Source: Nitrosopumilaceae archaeon (GTDB lineage Archaea > Thermoproteota > Nitrososphaeria > Nitrososphaerales > Nitrosopumilaceae). From it: DNA of 64,000 nt. Position 1 is the first letter of the stretch, and each line of letters begins with the position of its first letter. Position numbers and translations under genes: made by a program. The DNA lies in contig OZ242376.1 in assembly GCA_965209085.1 (NCBI GenBank), forward strand, positions 1,216,001 through 1,280,000. Direction: 5' to 3'. Below, in pieces: positions 60,820-64,000 of the stretch. The notes under the pieces were generated by a model. The model was given only the letters and a program-made list of their open reading frames with translations, was not told the origin of the DNA and did no database searches.

Positions 60820-61620
60820 ATGCAGATAACAGGAAAAACAATTGCCATAACGCGTCCAGCATATGATGCTCAGGAATTTATCAGCGCGGTGCAATCCGGC
60901 GGAGGGTATGTCATACCCCTGAAAACCATCGAGGTTGCAGCAAATACTGAAACAATTGCAAGAGAGTTTCTCTCACAGCTTGAAAAATTTGATCCAGACT
61001 ATACTGCGTTTCTAAGCTCAAAATCCGCAAGTGTGCTCTTTGAATCGGCAAAAAAAGAATCCATATATGATGAAATGGTATCGGCGGTTAAAAACACGTC
61101 AGTTGTGGCAGTGGGTCCAAGAACGCAAAAAGAATTAAAATCAATTGGAATTAAAACCGCACACATGCCGGATAATTATTCATCCATAGGTCTTGGAGAA
61201 ATGTTCACATTAATGTGTGCAGAAGATAAGAAAATAATCATGCCAAGAAGCACAGCCTCCAAATCGTTTCTAAAGGAACTGCTTGAGAAAATTGGAATGC
61301 GCGTGCTCGAGGTACGTACGTACGGGGTGCGCGCCGCATCAGATACCTCAGAGTGGGACGGTTTTGCGGTAAGATTTTTTGGCGGCAGTGTGGACTGTAT
61401 GGCCCTTACCAGCGCATCCTCTGTAAGGGCGTTCTTTGAGATACTTGGATCAAGGGGATTTTCCAATGAAAAGATACTTGGGAAACTTGCAGATATGGAC
61501 GTGTTTGTTATCGGATCGCAGGTAGACGAGGAATGCAAAAAAATGCGCATAAAAAAGACCCACGTTTCAGACGTCCATACCATAGAGGGTCTAGCAAATG
61601 CGATCAAGGCGTGCCCGTAA
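60820..61620 (+). CDS. hemD: Uroporphyrinogen-III synthase
   Basis: AITRP, AVGPRT, TSASSV; hem cluster context. Confidence 0.88.
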   Translation: MQITGKTIAITRPAYDAQEFISAVQSGGGYVIPLKTIEVAANTETIAREFLSQLEKFDPDYTAFLSSKSASVLFESAKKESIYDEMVSAVKNTSVVAVGPRTQKELKSIGIKTAHMPDNYSSIGLGEMFTLMCAEDKKIIMPRSTASKSFLKELLEKIGMRVLEVRTYGVRAASDTSEWDGFAVRFFGGSVDCMALTSASSVRAFFEILGSRGFSNEKILGKLADMDVFVIGSQVDEECKKMRIKKTHVSDVHTIEGLANAIKACP

Positions 61621-61724
61621 AATGAAAACAAAAGATCGCCGCATATTGCAAAATTATATGGGTATTTAATTAGCTGTACCTTATTTTAAGTATATTATTA
61701 TAACAATTTAAGACACAACCATTC

Positions 61725-63125
61725 ATGACCGCAGAAAACATGGATATGGATTATTCAAAATATGATTTCAAAGATTCCACAGAATTGTATGTTCATTTGA
61801 GTAAAAAAGGCCTCTCTAAAGACGTGGTTAAAAGCATTAGCAAACTAAAAGATGAGCCGCAGTGGATGCTCGATTTCAGACTGCGTGCATATGATATATT
61901 TATGAAAAAACCCATGCCAACTTGGGGTGCCGATCTTAGTACAATTGATTTTCAAAACATATTCTATTACGCAAAGGCCACGGAAAAAACAGAGAAAAAT
62001 TGGGATGATGTTCCAGCAGACGTTAGAAATACCTTTGACAAGCTTGGAATACCAGAAGCAGAGAAAAAATTCCTCGCTGGAGTTGGAGCCCAGTATGAAT
62101 CAGAAGTTGTATATCATAGCCTTCGCGAGGATTTGAAAAAACAGGGCGTAATATTTACAGATACTGATACGGCTCTAAAAGAGCATCCAGAGCTTTTGAA
62201 AAAATACTTTGGCAAGATCATACCTCCGGAAGATAACAAATTTGCAGCATTAAACAGCGCAGTGTGGAGCGGCGGATCTTTCATCTATGTTCCACCTGGA
62301 GTCAAAATCGACATGCCATTGCAAGCATACTTTAGAATAAATGCTGAAAACATTGGACAGTTTGAGAGAACGCTCATACTGATTGACGAGGGTGCAGAGT
62401 GCCACTATATCGAAGGGTGTACAGCTCCGGTTTATTCGTCCGAATCACTACATTCTGCAGTAGTAGAGCTTGTTGCACACAAGGATGCAAAACTGCGCTA
62501 TACTACGATACAAAACTGGAGTAACGATGTGTACAATTTGGTAACAAAGCGTGCGTATGCATACGAGGGTGCAACAGTCGAATGGATTGATGGAAACCTT
62601 GGAAGCAGGATTACTATGAAGTATCCTGGAATATACCTCCTAGGCGAGAGGGCATACGGTGAGACTTTATCCGTAGCGTTTGCTGGGAAAAACCAGCACC
62701 AGGATACTGGTGCAAAAATGGTACACCTAGCTCCAAATACGACATCAAAGGTCACATCCAAATCCGTCAGCAGGTTAAACGGCCGCTCCACATACAGGGG
62801 ACTCTTAAACATAGCAAAGGGGGCAACTGGCGTAAAATCCACCGTGCGCTGCGATGCATTGCTGCTTGATGATACCTCAAAGACTGACACATATCCGTAC
62901 ATGGAGATAAACGAGGATGATGCTACCGTAACGCACGAGGCAACTGTGGGTAAAATTGGTGATGAGCAGATATTCTACCTTATGACTAGAGGATTTAGCG
63001 AAGAGGATGCACTAGGTCTTATTGTAAACGGATTCATGGAACCATTTACCAAAGAGCTTCCAATGGAATACGCTGTTGAATTAAACAGACTGATAAAATT
63101 AGAAATGGACGGTTCTGTAGGCTAA
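61725..63125 (+). CDS. sufB: Fe-S cluster assembly protein SufB
   Basis: [32 protein letters not shown]. Confidence 0.96.
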   Translation: MTAENMDMDYSKYDFKDSTELYVHLSKKGLSKDVVKSISKLKDEPQWMLDFRLRAYDIFMKKPMPTWGADLSTIDFQNIFYYAKATEKTEKNWDDVPADVRNTFDKLGIPEAEKKFLAGVGAQYESEVVYHSLREDLKKQGVIFTDTDTALKEHPELLKKYFGKIIPPEDNKFAALNSAVWSGGSFIYVPPGVKIDMPLQAYFRINAENIGQFERTLILIDEGAECHYIEGCTAPVYSSESLHSAVVELVAHKDAKLRYTTIQNWSNDVYNLVTKRAYAYEGATVEWIDGNLGSRITMKYPGIYLLGERAYGETLSVAFAGKNQHQDTGAKMVHLAPNTTSKVTSKSVSRLNGRSTYRGLLNIAKGATGVKSTVRCDALLLDDTSKTDTYPYMEINEDDATVTHEATVGKIGDEQIFYLMTRGFSEEDALGLIVNGFMEPFTKELPMEYAVELNRLIKLEMDGSVG

Positions 63126-63139
63126 TTGCACGAGATGGC

Positions 63140-64000
63140 ATGTTACATACTGTACTCTCAAAACTTGATTCGGATTTAATATCAAATATATCGTCGCTTA
63201 AAAACGAATCAGACTGGTTGCGTAAATACAGAAACGAATCGTTGCAAATGTACAAAAATCTCCCCCTTGAGACTTCGCAACTTTACAAAAAATACACGGA
63301 TGCGGCACGCATGAATCCGGAATTGGTAAAAATTGCAGCAAAAAGTGATGGTGCAATCCCGGCATTTTTACAAAAAAGAACCGACGAGTTGAAAGATTTG
63401 CCGCACATAATACAGATTGGCACAAATATTCACAGCGTGCACATACCTGCAAAAATAAAAGATGAGGGTGTGTGCATATGTCATATTGATGAGGCGCTTG
63501 CCGATGGGTCAGCAAAAGAGATAATCGAATCAGTGGATGTATCCGAGGACAAGTTTACTGCGTTAAATTCTGCAGCGTTTAATTCTGGAATATACATTAG
63601 CATACCAAAAAACGTACAGGTGGAGGATCCAATACACATAATCTCATGCCTAGCGGATGATGGAATATCTGTTATATCGCGCAATGTGATATCAGCTGGC
63701 CAGAGCAGCTCATCAACGGTGGTTCAGGAAATGTACTCTCCAAAATCACAGGGACAGCAGGCATACATTGAACTGTTAACTACCGACGTGCAGCAGAATG
63801 CAAAAATCGACGTTACCTCGCTTCAAATGATGGATCAATCTTCGGTAAACTTTTCAACCCGCACTACAAACATGGCAGCGGATTCAACAGTAAACTGGTA
63901 TTTGGGATTGTTTGGTACCATGCTCTCAAGATACCGCATAGTGTACAATTTGAACGGTTCAGGTGCAAATGTAAACGATTCAGAGGTGATATTTGGTAAT
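63140..64000 (+). CDS. sufD: Fe-S cluster assembly protein SufD-like; 3'-partial
   Basis: Open frame from ATG 63140 (MLHTVLSKLD...ESDWLRKYR...LYKKYTD...DKFTALNSAAF) to window end; follows sufB. Confidence 0.85.
   Translation, partial: MLHTVLSKLDSDLISNISSLKNESDWLRKYRNESLQMYKNLPLETSQLYKKYTDAARMNPELVKIAAKSDGAIPAFLQKRTDELKDLPHIIQIGTNIHSVHIPAKIKDEGVCICHIDEALADGSAKEIIESVDVSEDKFTALNSAAFNSGIYISIPKNVQVEDPIHIISCLADDGISVISRNVISAGQSSSSTVVQEMYSPKSQGQQAYIELLTTDVQQNAKIDVTSLQMMDQSSVNFSTRTTNMAADSTVNWYLGLFGTMLSRYRIVYNLNGSGANVNDSEVIFGN

Overview
Archaeal DNA, most likely a Nitrososphaerota (Nitrosopumilaceae/Cenarchaeum-like) genome. This is inferred from the thaumarchaeal 'IPSWIKNNAKWW' motif, the archaeal aro/hem/mqn genes, PCNA, rps24e/rps27ae and eIF5A. 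Bases 1-~22,870 are the right end of an AT-rich integrated defence island. It ends at a tyrosine integrase that points at the 3' end of tRNA-Arg(CCG); the other end lies outside the window. The island carries a rearranged, partly decaying Ssp-type DNA phosphorothioation-like locus: SspC-like ATPase, SspD-like PAPS reductase, a DUF262/DUF1524 protein whose HNH His is replaced by Tyr, a MORC/GHKL ATPase, one intact SF2 helicase and one IS-split helicase pseudogene. It also has a YwbE-Schlafen(AlbA_2) fusion, an HNH endonuclease, a DUF4344 metallopeptidase and four IS elements. Bases ~22,950-64,000 are mostly core genome (aquaporin, Bcp, UbiD/MqnC, shikimate pathway, thiamine, sugar-nucleotide, ribosomal/translation, heme, SufBD). 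A moxR-DUF58-vWA cluster splits the aro genes, and there is one small AT-rich islet. All calls come from motif recognition by eye; no database searches were run.
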